Source of the DNA: Minisyncoccota bacterium
GTDB lineage: Bacteria > Patescibacteriota > Minisyncoccia > JAHISW01 > Tagabacteraceae
Assembly: GCA_028711505.1 (NCBI GenBank)
Contig: JAQTSC010000002.1
Location: 11,936 to 75,935, forward strand
Reading direction: 5' to 3'
DNA: 64,000 nucleotides
Part shown: positions 40,521 to 49,804 of the stretch, in pieces
Layout: every line of letters begins with the position of its first letter
How positions within the stretch are numbered: the stretch's first letter is position 1
The notes under the pieces: model-generated
Databases searched by the model: none
What the model saw: the letters and a program-made list of their open reading frames with translations, nothing else
What the model was told of the DNA's origin: nothing
Translations under genes and position numbers: made by a program

Positions 40521-40593
40521 TAATATTTTTGGATGTGCCAGGACTCGAACCTGGAACCATCGAGGTATAAGCTCGAAGCTCTGCCAATTGAGC
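40521..40593 (-). tRNA. tRNA-Ile with UAU anticodon (by manual fold)
   Basis: Reverse complement folds as GGATGTG-TA-GCTC-AATTGGCA-GAGC-T-TCGAG-CTTATAC-CTCGA-TGGTT-CCAGG-TTCGAGT-CCTGG-CACATCC-A. Confidence 0.7.
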
Positions 40594-40611
40594 TACACAT
40601 CCCCCCTTATT

Positions 40612-42471
40612 TTATTTCCTGACCCCCGATACTTTCATTAATTTTTCAAACTCGTCTTTTTCAATGCTTTCTTTTTCTATCAAAGTTTTGGCGACAAGGT
40701 CAAGGCTGGTTTTATGCTTCACCAAAATATCTTTGGCGCGTCTGAAAGCGTCTTTCATAAATTTACTCACCTCTTGGTCAATAAGAGAAGCCACTTCTTC
40801 GGAGTATTCTTTTTCCATTCCAATATCCTTTCCCAAAAACACCAAGTCTCCGTGCTCGCCCAAAGACACCGGGCCGATTTTATCGGACATGCCGTATCTT
40901 GTGGTCAGAGCGCGCGCGATGTCCGTAGCTCTTCTTAAATCATCGGACGCGCCTGTCGTGATTTCGTTAAAAACCAATTTTTCCGCGGCATACCCGCCAA
41001 GCGCCACCGCAAGCTCTTCAAGAAAATGGGATTTTGAATATAGATGCCTTTCATGCTCCGGAAGTTTTAAAGTATATCCGGCTGCCCTTCCGCGCGCCAC
41101 TATGGAAACTTTATGCACGGGGTCGGCATTCGGCAAAGCCGCCGCCACGAGAGCATGCCCGGCTTCGTGGTAAGAAGAAATTTTCTTTTCATCAATGCTC
41201 AAAATATGGCTCTTTCTTTCGGGACCAAGCATTACTTTTTCAATTGACCTCGTAAGGTCTAACTGTGTAATTTCTTTTCTGTCTTCACGTGCCGCCAGTA
41301 TCGCTCCCTCGTTCATGAGATTCTGCAAATCGGCTCCGGAAAATCCCGGAGTGCGTTCCGCAATTCTTTTCAAGTCAACTTCTCCGGCAAGAGGTTTTTT
41401 ACGCGCGTGTATTTTTAAAATTTCCTCGCGGTCTCCGATATCCGGCAAATCCAGAACAACCCTGCGGTCAAATCTTCCCGGACGAAGCAGCGCCGGGTCC
41501 AAAACATCCGGTCTGTTTGTCGCCGCCATGACAATAAGTTTTTCATTGGGTTCAAATCCGTCAAGCTCCACAAGAATCTGATTTAAAGTTTGTTCGCGTT
41601 CGTCATGTCCTCCTCCGAGACCGGCCCCTCGATGCCTTCCTACGGCGTCTATTTCATCAACAAAAACAATGGCAGGCGACGCTTTTTTCGCCATGCTGAA
41701 AAGATCTCGGACGCGTGAAGCGCCCACACCAACGAACATTTCCACAAACTCCGAACCGGACATATGAAAAAAAGGAACTCCCGCTTCGCCGGCAACCGCG
41801 CGGGCAAGCAAAGTCTTTCCTGTTCCCGGAGCGCCCATAAGCAAAACACCTTTGGGAATCCGCGCGCCGATGTTTAAAAATTTCTGCGGGTTTTTAAGAA
41901 AATCGACTATTTCGCGCAGCTCTTCTTTCGCTTCTTTGACTCCGGCAATATCCTTAAACGCGACTTTTTCTCCTTTGTCATTGGGACCGATTACGCGAGC
42001 GCGCGATTGACCGAAATTGAAAGCTTGAAGCGCGCTGCTTTTTGCCTGTCTCGCTATAAACCAGAAAAAGACCAGAATAAAAACCAAAGGCAGAATGAAA
42101 GGCAAAAGATTGCCGGCCCAAAACCAGAACCCGGTCGGATTCTGCACCTCTATGCTTACTCCAGCGAGCTTCTCCGGAGATACCCCGTAATTTTTAAGAG
42201 TTTCGGAAAGAGAAGTTTCCGCTTCCTTCTTGGAAACTTTTTCAACGCCGTCTTTCAAAATAATATTCAAATTGTCTCCTGCAACCGATATTTTTGAAAT
42301 ACCGTCCGAATTAATCTGGCTGGCGACTTCGGACAAAGTCATGCTTTCTTTTTTGGAAAAAGATTCAGCCAAAAAAGAATATCCGGCGGCCAAAAGCATC
42401 AGTGCCAAAAGCGCCGTGATAAAATGACGCCCGTAATTGCCCATGTTCGGTTTTAATTCTTTTTTGGCCAT
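40612..42471 (-). CDS. ftsH: ATP-dependent zinc metalloprotease FtsH
   Basis: Two N-terminal TMs, AAA+ Walker A '[18 protein letters not shown]', SRH, and the zinc motif 'HEAGHAL'. Confidence 0.95.
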   Translation of the reverse strand: MAKKELKPNMGNYGRHFITALLALMLLAAGYSFLAESFSKKESMTLSEVASQINSDGISKISVAGDNLNIILKDGVEKVSKKEAETSLSETLKNYGVSPEKLAGVSIEVQNPTGFWFWAGNLLPFILPLVFILVFFWFIARQAKSSALQAFNFGQSRARVIGPNDKGEKVAFKDIAGVKEAKEELREIVDFLKNPQKFLNIGARIPKGVLLMGAPGTGKTLLARAVAGEAGVPFFHMSGSEFVEMFVGVGASRVRDLFSMAKKASPAIVFVDEIDAVGRHRGAGLGGGHDEREQTLNQILVELDGFEPNEKLIVMAATNRPDVLDPALLRPGRFDRRVVLDLPDIGDREEILKIHARKKPLAGEVDLKRIAERTPGFSGADLQNLMNEGAILAAREDRKEITQLDLTRSIEKVMLGPERKSHILSIDEKKISSYHEAGHALVAAALPNADPVHKVSIVARGRAAGYTLKLPEHERHLYSKSHFLEELAVALGGYAAEKLVFNEITTGASDDLRRATDIARALTTRYGMSDKIGPVSLGEHGDLVFLGKDIGMEKEYSEEVASLIDQEVSKFMKDAFRRAKDILVKHKTSLDLVAKTLIEKESIEKDEFEKLMKVSGVRK

Positions 42472-42614
42472 AATAATTTTTTAAATTTGTTTTAAATATT
42501 ATACTCCGTCTGATTGGCCCGTTCGGCCGGAAGAAAACAGAAATTTTTATTTTTTCCTCACTGCCAATTATAACCCCCGAACGCGTCAAAAACAAGAGAA
42601 AAACGAAGTAAAGT

Positions 42615-42643
42615 TTGTCAAACGAAATAAAATATTGTATTAT
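42615..42643 (+). promoter_or_regulatory. candidate sigma70-type promoter upstream of infB
   Basis: TTGTCA -35, 17-nt spacer, TATTAT -10, ~16 nt before the infB ATG. Confidence 0.3.
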
Positions 42644-42658
42644 TGACAAGTTAAACCG

Positions 42659-44176
42659 ATGAATACTGAAAATAAAAATTTAATCCCCCGCTCGCCCATA
42701 GTTGTCATCATGGGGCATATTGACCACGGCAAAACCACGCTCTTGGATTTTATCAGAAAAACAAAAGTGGCGGAAAAAGAATCGGGTGGAATTACCCAGC
42801 ACATTGGCGCGTATGAAATAGAATTGGACAAAGGAAAGGTAAAAAGGAAAATAACTTTTCTCGACACGCCCGGGCACGAAGCATTTTCAAAAATCAGGGA
42901 ACGTGGAGCGAAAATAGCCGATGTCGCCGTTCTTGTTGTCGCCGCTGATGACGGGATGAAAGAACAAACATACGAAACCCTTGACGCGATAAAAAACGCC
43001 GATATCCCTTTCGTTGTGGCGATAAACAAAATAGACAAAGAAGGGGCCAACCCCGAACGAATTAAAAAACAGCTTTCCGAAAAAGAAGTGTATCTTGAAG
43101 AATGGGGCGGAAAAACTCCGGCAGTGGAAATTTCCGCCAAAACAGGGCAAGGCGTGGATAATCTTTTGGAAATGATTTTGCTTCTTTCCGACATGGAAGA
43201 ATTCAAGACCGACCCCAACGCTCCGGCTTCCGGCTATATCGCGGAAGCGCACGTTGATAAAAAAAGGGGCGTTTCTGCGACTCTTGTCATACAAAACGGC
43301 AAATTAAAGCAAGGAATGCACGTGGTCGCCTCCGACGCGTGCGCCCCGGTAAGGATTTTTGAAAATTTTCTTGGAAAATCCATAAAAGAAGCATCCGCGC
43401 CTTCTCCTGTTCAGATAACGGGATTCAATAAATTACCCGCGGCAGGAAGCGAATTCCAAACTTTTGAAAACAAAAAAGAAGCGGAGGTCGCGATTGAAAA
43501 GTTTATCTCCGCTTCCGCGGGGAAAATCAATAAAGATCTTGGGCCGAAAATCCAAGGAGAACATGATGTTTCTATTGTAGCTCTCGTGCTTAAATCGGAC
43601 GCAGGCGGCTCGGCTGAGGCGCTTGAAAAAATCGCGCAGAAACTAGGAAGCGATAAAACGACTATAAAAATTCTGCGTTCCGACGTGGGCGATATAAACG
43701 AAGACGACGTAAGGCTGGTATCAAGCGCCGGAGAAAACGCGCTGATAATCGGATTTAGAGTAAAACAAGAAACGGCCGCGGCGGCTCTTAGCGAACGCTT
43801 CACCGTTCCGGTTAAAATTTTTGACATAATATACGAAGCCGAAGACTGGCTGAAAGAAGAAATAAAAAAACGCGAGCCCCTTGAGATGAAAGAAGAAACG
43901 GTTGGCAAGGCAAAATTATTAAAAATTTTTAAAAACGACAAAACCAAAAAAATCGTCGGAGGAGAAGTGATTTCCGGAAAAATATTCCTGAACGCCAACA
44001 TAAAAATATACCGCCGCGATTTTTTCCTGGGAGAAGGAAAAATAACGGAGCTCCAGCAAAACAAAAACAAAGCTGACGAAGTCAAAGAAGGACTGCAATT
44101 CGGGGCGCTGATTCAAACCAAGGCGAATATCGCCGAAAAAGACATATTTGAGATTATAGAAAAAATTCAAATCTAA
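42659..44176 (+). CDS. infB: translation initiation factor IF-2 (short form lacking N-terminal domains)
   Basis: G domain 'GHIDHGKTTLLD', 'DTPGH', 'NKID'. Domain II/C-terminal beta-barrels. 505 aa. Confidence 0.9.
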   Translation: MNTENKNLIPRSPIVVIMGHIDHGKTTLLDFIRKTKVAEKESGGITQHIGAYEIELDKGKVKRKITFLDTPGHEAFSKIRERGAKIADVAVLVVAADDGMKEQTYETLDAIKNADIPFVVAINKIDKEGANPERIKKQLSEKEVYLEEWGGKTPAVEISAKTGQGVDNLLEMILLLSDMEEFKTDPNAPASGYIAEAHVDKKRGVSATLVIQNGKLKQGMHVVASDACAPVRIFENFLGKSIKEASAPSPVQITGFNKLPAAGSEFQTFENKKEAEVAIEKFISASAGKINKDLGPKIQGEHDVSIVALVLKSDAGGSAEALEKIAQKLGSDKTTIKILRSDVGDINEDDVRLVSSAGENALIIGFRVKQETAAAALSERFTVPVKIFDIIYEAEDWLKEEIKKREPLEMKEETVGKAKLLKIFKNDKTKKIVGGEVISGKIFLNANIKIYRRDFFLGEGKITELQQNKNKADEVKEGLQFGALIQTKANIAEKDIFEIIEKIQI

Positions 44177-44179
44177 AAA

Positions 44180-44512
44180 ATGGCATCCGAGAAAAGAGCG
44201 GGAAAATTCGTTTCCCTCTTCACAAAACTGGTTTCGGAATTTATCGCCAGGCGAAATGTTGGAAATGGATTCGCAACAATCACCGGGATGGAATTTTCAA
44301 ACGACTTAAAATCTGCTAAAGTATTTGTCAGTATTTATCCGGAAAAAGAAGAAAAAGAAATGCTGGTTTTTCTGGGAAAAAACCGTGGAAAAATCGGAAA
44401 ATACGCCTCCGAAAAAACCAAAATGAGATTTCTGCCCAAACTTGAATTCGTTTTGGACAAAGGAGAAAAAAACCGGCAAAAGATAGAAAAGATTTTGTCG
44501 GCAGGGGTTTAA
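44180..44512 (+). CDS. rbfA: ribosome-binding factor A
   Basis: ~110-aa KH-like protein immediately after infB (conserved infB-rbfA order). 'ITGMEFSNDLKSAKVFVS' core. Confidence 0.8.
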   Translation: MASEKRAGKFVSLFTKLVSEFIARRNVGNGFATITGMEFSNDLKSAKVFVSIYPEKEEKEMLVFLGKNRGKIGKYASEKTKMRFLPKLEFVLDKGEKNRQKIEKILSAGV

Positions 44513-44516
44513 AAAA

Positions 44517-44588
44517 GGCCAGGTAGCCAAGTGGTAAGGCAAGGGTCTGCAAAACCCTTACACGCGGGTTCAATTCCCGCCCTGGCCT
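44517..44588 (+). tRNA. tRNA-Cys (GCA)
   Basis: GGCCAGG acceptor, anticodon loop CTGCAAA, T loop TTCAATT. Confidence 0.85.
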
Positions 44589-44626
44589 CAAGCCATAGAG
44601 CATTTGAAAACAGAAATTTAGCCATT

Positions 44627-44708
44627 GCTCGGGTGGCGGAATTGGTATACGCGCACGACTTAAAATCGTGTCTCGCAAGAGATGCGGGTTCGACCCCCGC
44701 CCCGAGCA
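44627..44708 (+). tRNA. tRNA-Leu (TAA)
   Basis: GCTCGGG acceptor, anticodon stem CACGA/TCGTG with loop CTTAAAA, long variable arm, T loop TTCGACC. Confidence 0.85.
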
Positions 44709-44713
44709 TAAAC

Positions 44714-44797
44714 GGGCGAGTGGCGGAATTGGCAGACGCGTAAGGTTTAGGACCTTATGGGAGAAATCCTGTGGGAGTTCAACTCTCCCCTCGCCCA
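44714..44797 (+). tRNA. tRNA-Leu (TAG)
   Basis: GGGCGAG acceptor, anticodon loop TTTAGGA, long variable arm, T loop TTCAACT. Confidence 0.85.
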
Positions 44798-44818
44798 TTG
44801 GATATTGAAAAATTTTAA

Positions 44819-44889
44819 GCGGCCATGGTTTAGTGGCAGGACGGCTCCTTGCCAAGGAGCAGGTGGGAGTTCGATTCTCCCTGGCCGCA
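44819..44889 (+). tRNA. tRNA-Gly (GCC)
   Basis: GCGGCCA acceptor, anticodon loop TTGCCAA, T loop TTCGATT. Confidence 0.85.
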
Positions 44890-45155
44890 CCCTTCAATAA
44901 ACTCAGGGTAAACAAAATGAAACTTTTGGCGCTCCAACCACGCTGGAAATATTTAGGATTTCACATACTTCGAAAGTTCAAACATCGTTACACCCCCTGC
45001 ACAAGGAATGTATGGCCTTGATAATAGCGACAGCCGATTTTCGTTGAAAATAAATAATCTTTTGTTGGCCAAACAGAAGTCTTAACTAAATCTTGACTTT
45101 TTTGTTTGGCAATGTATAATGGTAGAGGAAAATCAAACCTTGAAAGGAGAAAAAA

Positions 45156-45383
45156 ATGTCAGAAGGAGCCATAATTTTTGCGTTGGCAATATGTCTTTTG
45201 ATAGGATTTCCTTTATGCCTCTTTTTTTGGCCGCGGCTTATGAATAAATGCCCGAGGTGCGGAAGCAGATTAACTTACACCAAAATTTCAACAGTTCCTG
45301 CTCCAGGCTTAGAAACACAGTTTTTGGGAATCCGCCAGAAACAAATTGAACATCTTTTTTGTATAAAAAGGCATGGACAGTAG
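45156..45383 (+). CDS. hypothetical small membrane protein with CxxC motif
   Basis: 75-aa ORF with a strong SD (AAAGGAGAAAAAAATG), an N-terminal TM, and 'CPRCG'. Confidence 0.35.
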   Translation: MSEGAIIFALAICLLIGFPLCLFFWPRLMNKCPRCGSRLTYTKISTVPAPGLETQFLGIRQKQIEHLFCIKRHGQ

Positions 45384-45750
45384 CAAAAACCAGAAAGACA
45401 AAAATTCATCAAGCCGTTGGGCATAGAGCCCAGCGGTTTTCTTTTTTGGTCACTTATGAAGATTGTTAATATTATGGATTTTTACAGAAATAGATTTATT
45501 AAAGAAGATAAAATTCTGCTTTCTATCAGTGTCTCACGCAATACTGGAAGCACAGTGAACAGTTCACGACCAAGCCCTGTGCAGAATCCAATTTTGCATA
45601 GGGCTTTTGCTAATCAATTTTTTAAATTGGACAGCTATTGATTTTTATAACGTAATTGTTATGCTACTTTGAAATCTTTTGAAATCTGAAGATAACAGCT
45701 TTTAACTGAAATTTCCGAAATTCTCGCACCTTAACAAAAAAGGAGGGGCT

Positions 45751-46068
45751 ATGCTAAACATGATAAGGAAACGGCTAGGAGCAAAGAAAGAAGAAAATTT
45801 GCCCGCGATGGAAACAAAAGAAAAAACATTTGAACAGATGAAAGTTGTGTGCAGAACGGCGAAAAATTTTATTGATGCCTTGGAAGAGCTTGAGGAATTG
45901 CATTTTTGCAAATGCGGAGAGCTGTTTCTCTGCCGCCACAAAAAGTGTCCGGAATGCGGAGAACCGAATCCGAAATACAGACCTTTCGCTGGCAAAGACC
46001 AGGAAAGGGCGGAAAACATGGCTGAAGCGGCGCTCGATAAACTTCGCGCCGCATGCAAAGCTTTATAG
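45751..46068 (+). CDS. hypothetical small zinc-ribbon-like protein
   Basis: Strong SD (AAAAAGGAGGGGCTATG). 'CKCGELFLCRHKKCPECGEP' has 4-6 Cys in a ribbon-like arrangement. Followed by a terminator. Confidence 0.45.
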   Translation: MLNMIRKRLGAKKEENLPAMETKEKTFEQMKVVCRTAKNFIDALEELEELHFCKCGELFLCRHKKCPECGEPNPKYRPFAGKDQERAENMAEAALDKLRAACKAL

Positions 46069-46097
46069 TCTTACCTCCACGGATACCACAAGCAGGA

Positions 46098-46137
46098 GCC
46101 CCGAAACGGAACTTATCCGAAGGGGCTTCTTTTTTTA
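46098..46137 (+). terminator. intrinsic terminator
   Basis: GCCCCgaaacggaacttatccgaaGGGGC followed by TTCTTTTTTT. Confidence 0.6.
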
Positions 46138-46258
46138 ATCTCAAAAAGACAAAAAATCTTTAAAATAAGCAGTTTTTTGCCCTATTTTTACTTAAACTCG
46201 CAAAAAGCAAGGAAATAAATTTTCTGCCAAAACTAAAGTTTCTGGTTTCCAAACGGGA

Positions 46259-46286
46259 TTGACTTTTTTAGCGGATATGATATAAT
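46259..46286 (+). promoter_or_regulatory. candidate strong sigma70-type promoter with extended -10
   Basis: TTGACT -35, 16-nt spacer, TGaTATAAT extended -10. ~65 nt upstream of the ATG at 46353, which has an AGGAGG SD. Confidence 0.45.
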
Positions 46287-46352
46287 TGGGTCAGGAAAAT
46301 AAAGGAGTTTTTTGAAAAAATATAAATCTCAAAAACGAGGAGGTATTGAATT

Positions 46353-47708
46353 ATGAAATCAAGGATATGGAATAAACTGATTTCTTTTCTTCTGCGGATG
46401 GGATCAATAACATGGAAATGGCCCTCCTTTTTTCGAAAAAGAAAAGAGGATGATAAAGAAAGGGAAAAAGAAAATGACAAAGAGAAAAAATTAAGTATTG
46501 GAATAATTTCTTTTCTTCTGCGGATGGGATCTTTCTACCTTATCTGGAGGGGATGCCAAATAATCCCCGTGGATTCGATTTTCAAAGGAACATCTTACAG
46601 CGGCGGGTATATTGAATTAATTTTTGTCGTAGCAATAACATGGTTTCTCCCTTGCGGAATTTTTTACGGAGCCTGGAGAAATCTGCCCGCTGAACCGCCA
46701 ACAGCAGGACTTATCACCATTTTTGGCATGAGAACTTGCTTATTTACGGTAAACGGCTGGACTTTTTTACCCTTATACCCTTTTCTCTTCGGCATAATCG
46801 CCTTTGACATGAGAGTCCGCGCCGAACAATTGCCTGAACAGGACGTAAGAACTCCGGATCAAGCCGAATCAAAAATTACTGGAGTAATTTCCTGGAAACC
46901 CGACCCGAAAAATCTTCGAAATTTTCAAAACGTGGGCGGAGCTAAAGGAGCGGTAGAAAATTTGTTTAACATATGGACAAGCACTATAAGACAATGGGCC
47001 GCTTCGCCCGAAGAAGGTCCTGCGGGTTATATGGAACTTCTGGCCGCCCAATGGGAAGCGGTAAACAGGCTTCTTAAAAAAATGGCTCCTATGTCTTTAT
47101 GCAAGATTGATTCAGAAATTCCCACGATAGCTCTTTTCAGATATTTTGCCGAGCCCCGAAAACCGCTTACGGAAAATCTGAAAAAACTCTACTCAAGTGA
47201 CGGAAAAAGCGAGGATTGGGCTAAGCTTGAAGAAAAGCTGAAAGAAAGCAAAAAAGAAGATCTGATAAAAAAACAGGTAGAAAACCGGGAAGAAGATATT
47301 GAGGCAGTCAGACAAGGCAAAGGAAATTTCCGGAAACCAGAGCTGGGAATAATTATTACACAGCTGGATATCGGAAAAGTCGTCCCGTTTGGAGAACTCG
47401 CAAAATCAATGGAAAAAGAGGCGATGGAACAGAGAGAAAGGGCTGCTGAAAAAGTCCAGGTATTGAATGTCAACGAGAGAAGCAGTGAGCTTATGGAAGC
47501 AGTGGTAAAAGACGAGAACGGAAAAACAAAAACAATACCCACCGGCAGAACAAGAAAACAAGCTGACGAGATTGTCATGATCCAGCAAAAAAAGATTCAA
47601 AAATCTGTCAAAGAAGTTCAAATCTCTTTAACGCCGGAAAGCCAAGACGCAATTTCTGCAATCGTTGGCGGAATCGTTAGAGCGGTAAAGGAGGTAAAAA
47701 ATGGCTGA
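46353..47708 (+). CDS. hypothetical membrane protein with duplicated N-terminal amphipathic segment and long C-terminal coiled-coil
   Basis: 'ISFLLRMGS' encoded twice (nt 46376-46401 and 46507-46532), hydrophobic segments at residues ~80-150, and a Lys/Glu-rich C-terminal half. Confidence 0.5.
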   Translation: MKSRIWNKLISFLLRMGSITWKWPSFFRKRKEDDKEREKENDKEKKLSIGIISFLLRMGSFYLIWRGCQIIPVDSIFKGTSYSGGYIELIFVVAITWFLPCGIFYGAWRNLPAEPPTAGLITIFGMRTCLFTVNGWTFLPLYPFLFGIIAFDMRVRAEQLPEQDVRTPDQAESKITGVISWKPDPKNLRNFQNVGGAKGAVENLFNIWTSTIRQWAASPEEGPAGYMELLAAQWEAVNRLLKKMAPMSLCKIDSEIPTIALFRYFAEPRKPLTENLKKLYSSDGKSEDWAKLEEKLKESKKEDLIKKQVENREEDIEAVRQGKGNFRKPELGIIITQLDIGKVVPFGELAKSMEKEAMEQRERAAEKVQVLNVNERSSELMEAVVKDENGKTKTIPTGRTRKQADEIVMIQQKKIQKSVKEVQISLTPESQDAISAIVGGIVRAVKEVKNG

Positions 47709-48189
47709 TAAAAAAGAAAAGCCGGAAGAGAAACCGGTAGTTATAGGAAAGCTTCCCTCTTCGCTTTGGTGGTTTATAGTTTTAATTTGCCTTGCTGTGT
47801 TCTTTCAAAGGGCATACTTAATCCATGCAGCAAGAACAGGAGAAGAAAAAAGGAAAGAGAAAACACAAGCTGTCATTCCTCATTTCGCCAGCACCGGTGT
47901 CTTGAAATGGAAACATTCCGGTAAAATAAATCCGGAGCAACGACGCGAGGCGAACATAACGGTTGCCGCAAATCGGACGCGAACCGACATGATTCTGGAA
48001 CGCAAAGGGGTGGGCAGATTTGAGGGAAAATCCCTTGACGGAATCGTGTATGAAGGAAGTTGGACGGGAGCGGACCGGCATGGCGGCAAGTTTAAACTGG
48101 TCTTTGATTCTCCAAACCATGCCATAGGCTGGCATGAAGACTCGGAGACAAAAGAAAAAATCCCCACTACCTTTTCACTTAATGGATAG
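47701..48189 (+). CDS. hypothetical membrane-anchored protein
   Basis: ATG overlaps the stop of the upstream gene (ATGGCTGA), indicating translational coupling. Single TM. Confidence 0.5.
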   Translation: MADKKEKPEEKPVVIGKLPSSLWWFIVLICLAVFFQRAYLIHAARTGEEKRKEKTQAVIPHFASTGVLKWKHSGKINPEQRREANITVAANRTRTDMILERKGVGRFEGKSLDGIVYEGSWTGADRHGGKFKLVFDSPNHAIGWHEDSETKEKIPTTFSLNG

Positions 48190-48204
48190 CGAGGAGAAAA
48201 ACCC

Positions 48205-48239
48205 AAAAGGGGTTCGTGTTAAACACGAACCCCTTTTTC
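48205..48239. terminator. bidirectional intrinsic terminator between convergent operons
   Basis: AAAAGGGGTTCGTG-ttaaa-CACGAACCCCTTTTT: a perfect 10-bp stem flanked by an A-run and a T-run. Confidence 0.65.
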
Positions 48240-48264
48240 TATTCCAAATAAATACCGCTCTTAA

Positions 48265-48717
48265 TCACCAATCGGAATAATCCATGTAAGTGTCTGAATT
48301 ATCCTCTTCGGGCGGATTCCAATAATAGTAATCGGCGGAATAATCTCCCGTTGCGTCATATCCGTAATCGTAATAAGTGTCTGAAGGGCTTTGCCCGAAA
48401 ACCGTGTCCTGTAAAATCCGGATAAGCCCCCAAAAAGAAAGCAAGACAAAAAATCCTATAAGCCCGTATATCAGAAAATTTTTAGCCGATTTTCTTTTTT
48501 CGGGATTATTCGCCGTGGTGATGTATCTGAGAACTCCGAAAATAAAAACCACAGACGCGACAAGCCATAAAAGCTGTATTATCTGAAGCACGATGTCCGT
48601 GCCTCTTTCAAAAACTTCCTTAACAGAAGCTGCTGCGGCAAAAAAAGGCAAAAGAAAACAAACAGCGCACAAAGGCAAAAATACGGAGTACGATTTTATG
48701 TTTTTCCCAAAGGACAT
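48265..48717 (-). CDS. small secreted two-TM protein, VirB2/TrbC-like paralog 5, with Tyr/Asp-rich C-terminal tail
   Basis: Signal peptide 'MSFGKNIKSYSVFLPLCAVCFLLPFFAAAAS', TM1, charged loop 'NNPEKRKSAKN', and TM2 'LIYGLIGFFVLLSFWGLI'. Tail 'DTYYDYGYDATGDYSADYYYW'. The longer listed ORF start overlaps the upstream gene. Confidence 0.5.
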   Translation of the reverse strand: MSFGKNIKSYSVFLPLCAVCFLLPFFAAAASVKEVFERGTDIVLQIIQLLWLVASVVFIFGVLRYITTANNPEKRKSAKNFLIYGLIGFFVLLSFWGLIRILQDTVFGQSPSDTYYDYGYDATGDYSADYYYWNPPEEDNSDTYMDYSDW

Positions 48718-48956
48718 CAAAATGAATCGACAAAATTTTGAATAATCATAAGCACGCCCTGACTGGAAATCATCAAAGCCATTCCAATTAAACCCCACGC
48801 CAGATGCTGTTTCCCTTTTTTTCTCTTCTCTTCGTTATCGGCCGAATAAATCATTTCAACCACGCCATAGATAAAAACCATAATAGCCACCGCGAAAATA
48901 AAAATCACGAATGGCTGTATGGCTTCTTCTATAATGGTGTTTATAACTTTATCCAT
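48717..48956 (-). CDS. small two-TM protein, VirB2/TrbC-like paralog 4 (no signal peptide)
   Basis: TM1 'FVIFIFAVAIMVFIYGVV', loop 'NEEKRKKGKQH', and TM2 'LAWGLIGMALMIS'. Confidence 0.45.
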   Translation of the reverse strand: MDKVINTIIEEAIQPFVIFIFAVAIMVFIYGVVEMIYSADNEEKRKKGKQHLAWGLIGMALMISSQGVLMIIQNFVDSF

Positions 48957-48974
48957 TATATGAGTTTTCGGTTA

Positions 48975-49328
48975 TTAGAGGCTAATGTCAGGAAAATTCG
49001 GACTGCCTCCTGTCTGGATACCGAAAGTATCGGCAAAAATCTGGATTATTCCCCAGAAAGCGACCATAACGAAAATTCCGATAAGTCCGTAGATGATAAG
49101 CCCTCTTGCTTTCTTCTCATTCGCTTCATCTCCTCCGGCAGTAACGTATTTCACTATGCCCCACAAAAACACCGCGACGGCGAGAAGCATGAAAAGCGGA
49201 ATAATCCCGTTCGCCAAACTTTTAAGCGTATCAAGAATAGATTCAAGGTCTGAGGCGGCGAAAGCGCAAAGCGGCGCAAATCCCACAATTGCCGGAATAA
49301 ACGGAGAAAATCTGGATAATTTTTTCAT
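48975..49328 (-). CDS. small secreted two-TM protein, VirB2/TrbC-like paralog 3
   Basis: Signal peptide ending AFAAS, TM1 'IIPLFMLLAVAVFLWGIV', loop 'GGDEANEKKARG', and TM2 'LIIYGLIGIFVMVAFWGII'. Confidence 0.5.
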   Translation of the reverse strand: MKKLSRFSPFIPAIVGFAPLCAFAASDLESILDTLKSLANGIIPLFMLLAVAVFLWGIVKYVTAGGDEANEKKARGLIIYGLIGIFVMVAFWGIIQIFADTFGIQTGGSPNFPDISL

Positions 49329-49398
49329 ATTATGATTTTTAATTGATAATTTTAATGATTCTTTTTTTCGACCTTATTTTAAAATTTGACTGCGATTA

Positions 49399-49782
49399 TT
49401 AAAGTTTTTGCGCGAAATCCGATACTGCCGCCGCTATAGCGTAAGCGCCCAAAAGCACCGCCGCGCCGATTACCGCGTAATAAAAAGTGCTTCTAGCCTT
49501 TTTAAGCTGCTCAGTATCGCCGCGCGCCGTGGTAAAAAGAAACCCGGACCAAATTACCATAAGGGCCGCGATTATACTTCCTATTTTAGCGACAAGCGCG
49601 GTAATTTTTTTGACAATGACTGAAAAATCAGAAGTGCCTATGGGGTTTTCAAGCCCGGTACCCCCGCTACTTTCGCCAAAACCGACAGCCTCGCAAACAG
49701 CAAATACCGGCAGAAAAATCAAAACCGCCAGCAAAAACGCCGGAAACAAGCAGTTCATATTTTTATACAAGAATACTTTCAT
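49399..49782 (-). CDS. small secreted two-TM protein, VirB2/TrbC-like paralog 2
   Basis: Long signal peptide, TM1 'IGSIIAALMVIWSGFLF', loop 'TARGDTEQLKKARS', and TM2 'TFYYAVIGAAVLLGAYAIA'. Confidence 0.5.
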   Translation of the reverse strand: MKVFLYKNMNCLFPAFLLAVLIFLPVFAVCEAVGFGESSGGTGLENPIGTSDFSVIVKKITALVAKIGSIIAALMVIWSGFLFTTARGDTEQLKKARSTFYYAVIGAAVLLGAYAIAAAVSDFAQKL

Positions 49783-49804
49783 CTTCTCTTAAAATAATTT
49801 TAAC

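Noticed and set aside
43411-44085. 224-aa ORF on the - strand, plus 42640..43218 (-) and 42887..43294 (-).
   Set aside because: All are antisense to infB (IF-2). Ser/Phe-rich low-complexity translations with no motifs.
44328-44915. 195-aa ORF on the - strand, and the short ORFs 44509..44709 and 44531..44743.
   Set aside because: They overlap the rbfA 3' end and the four-tRNA cluster. The region is explained by the tRNA genes.
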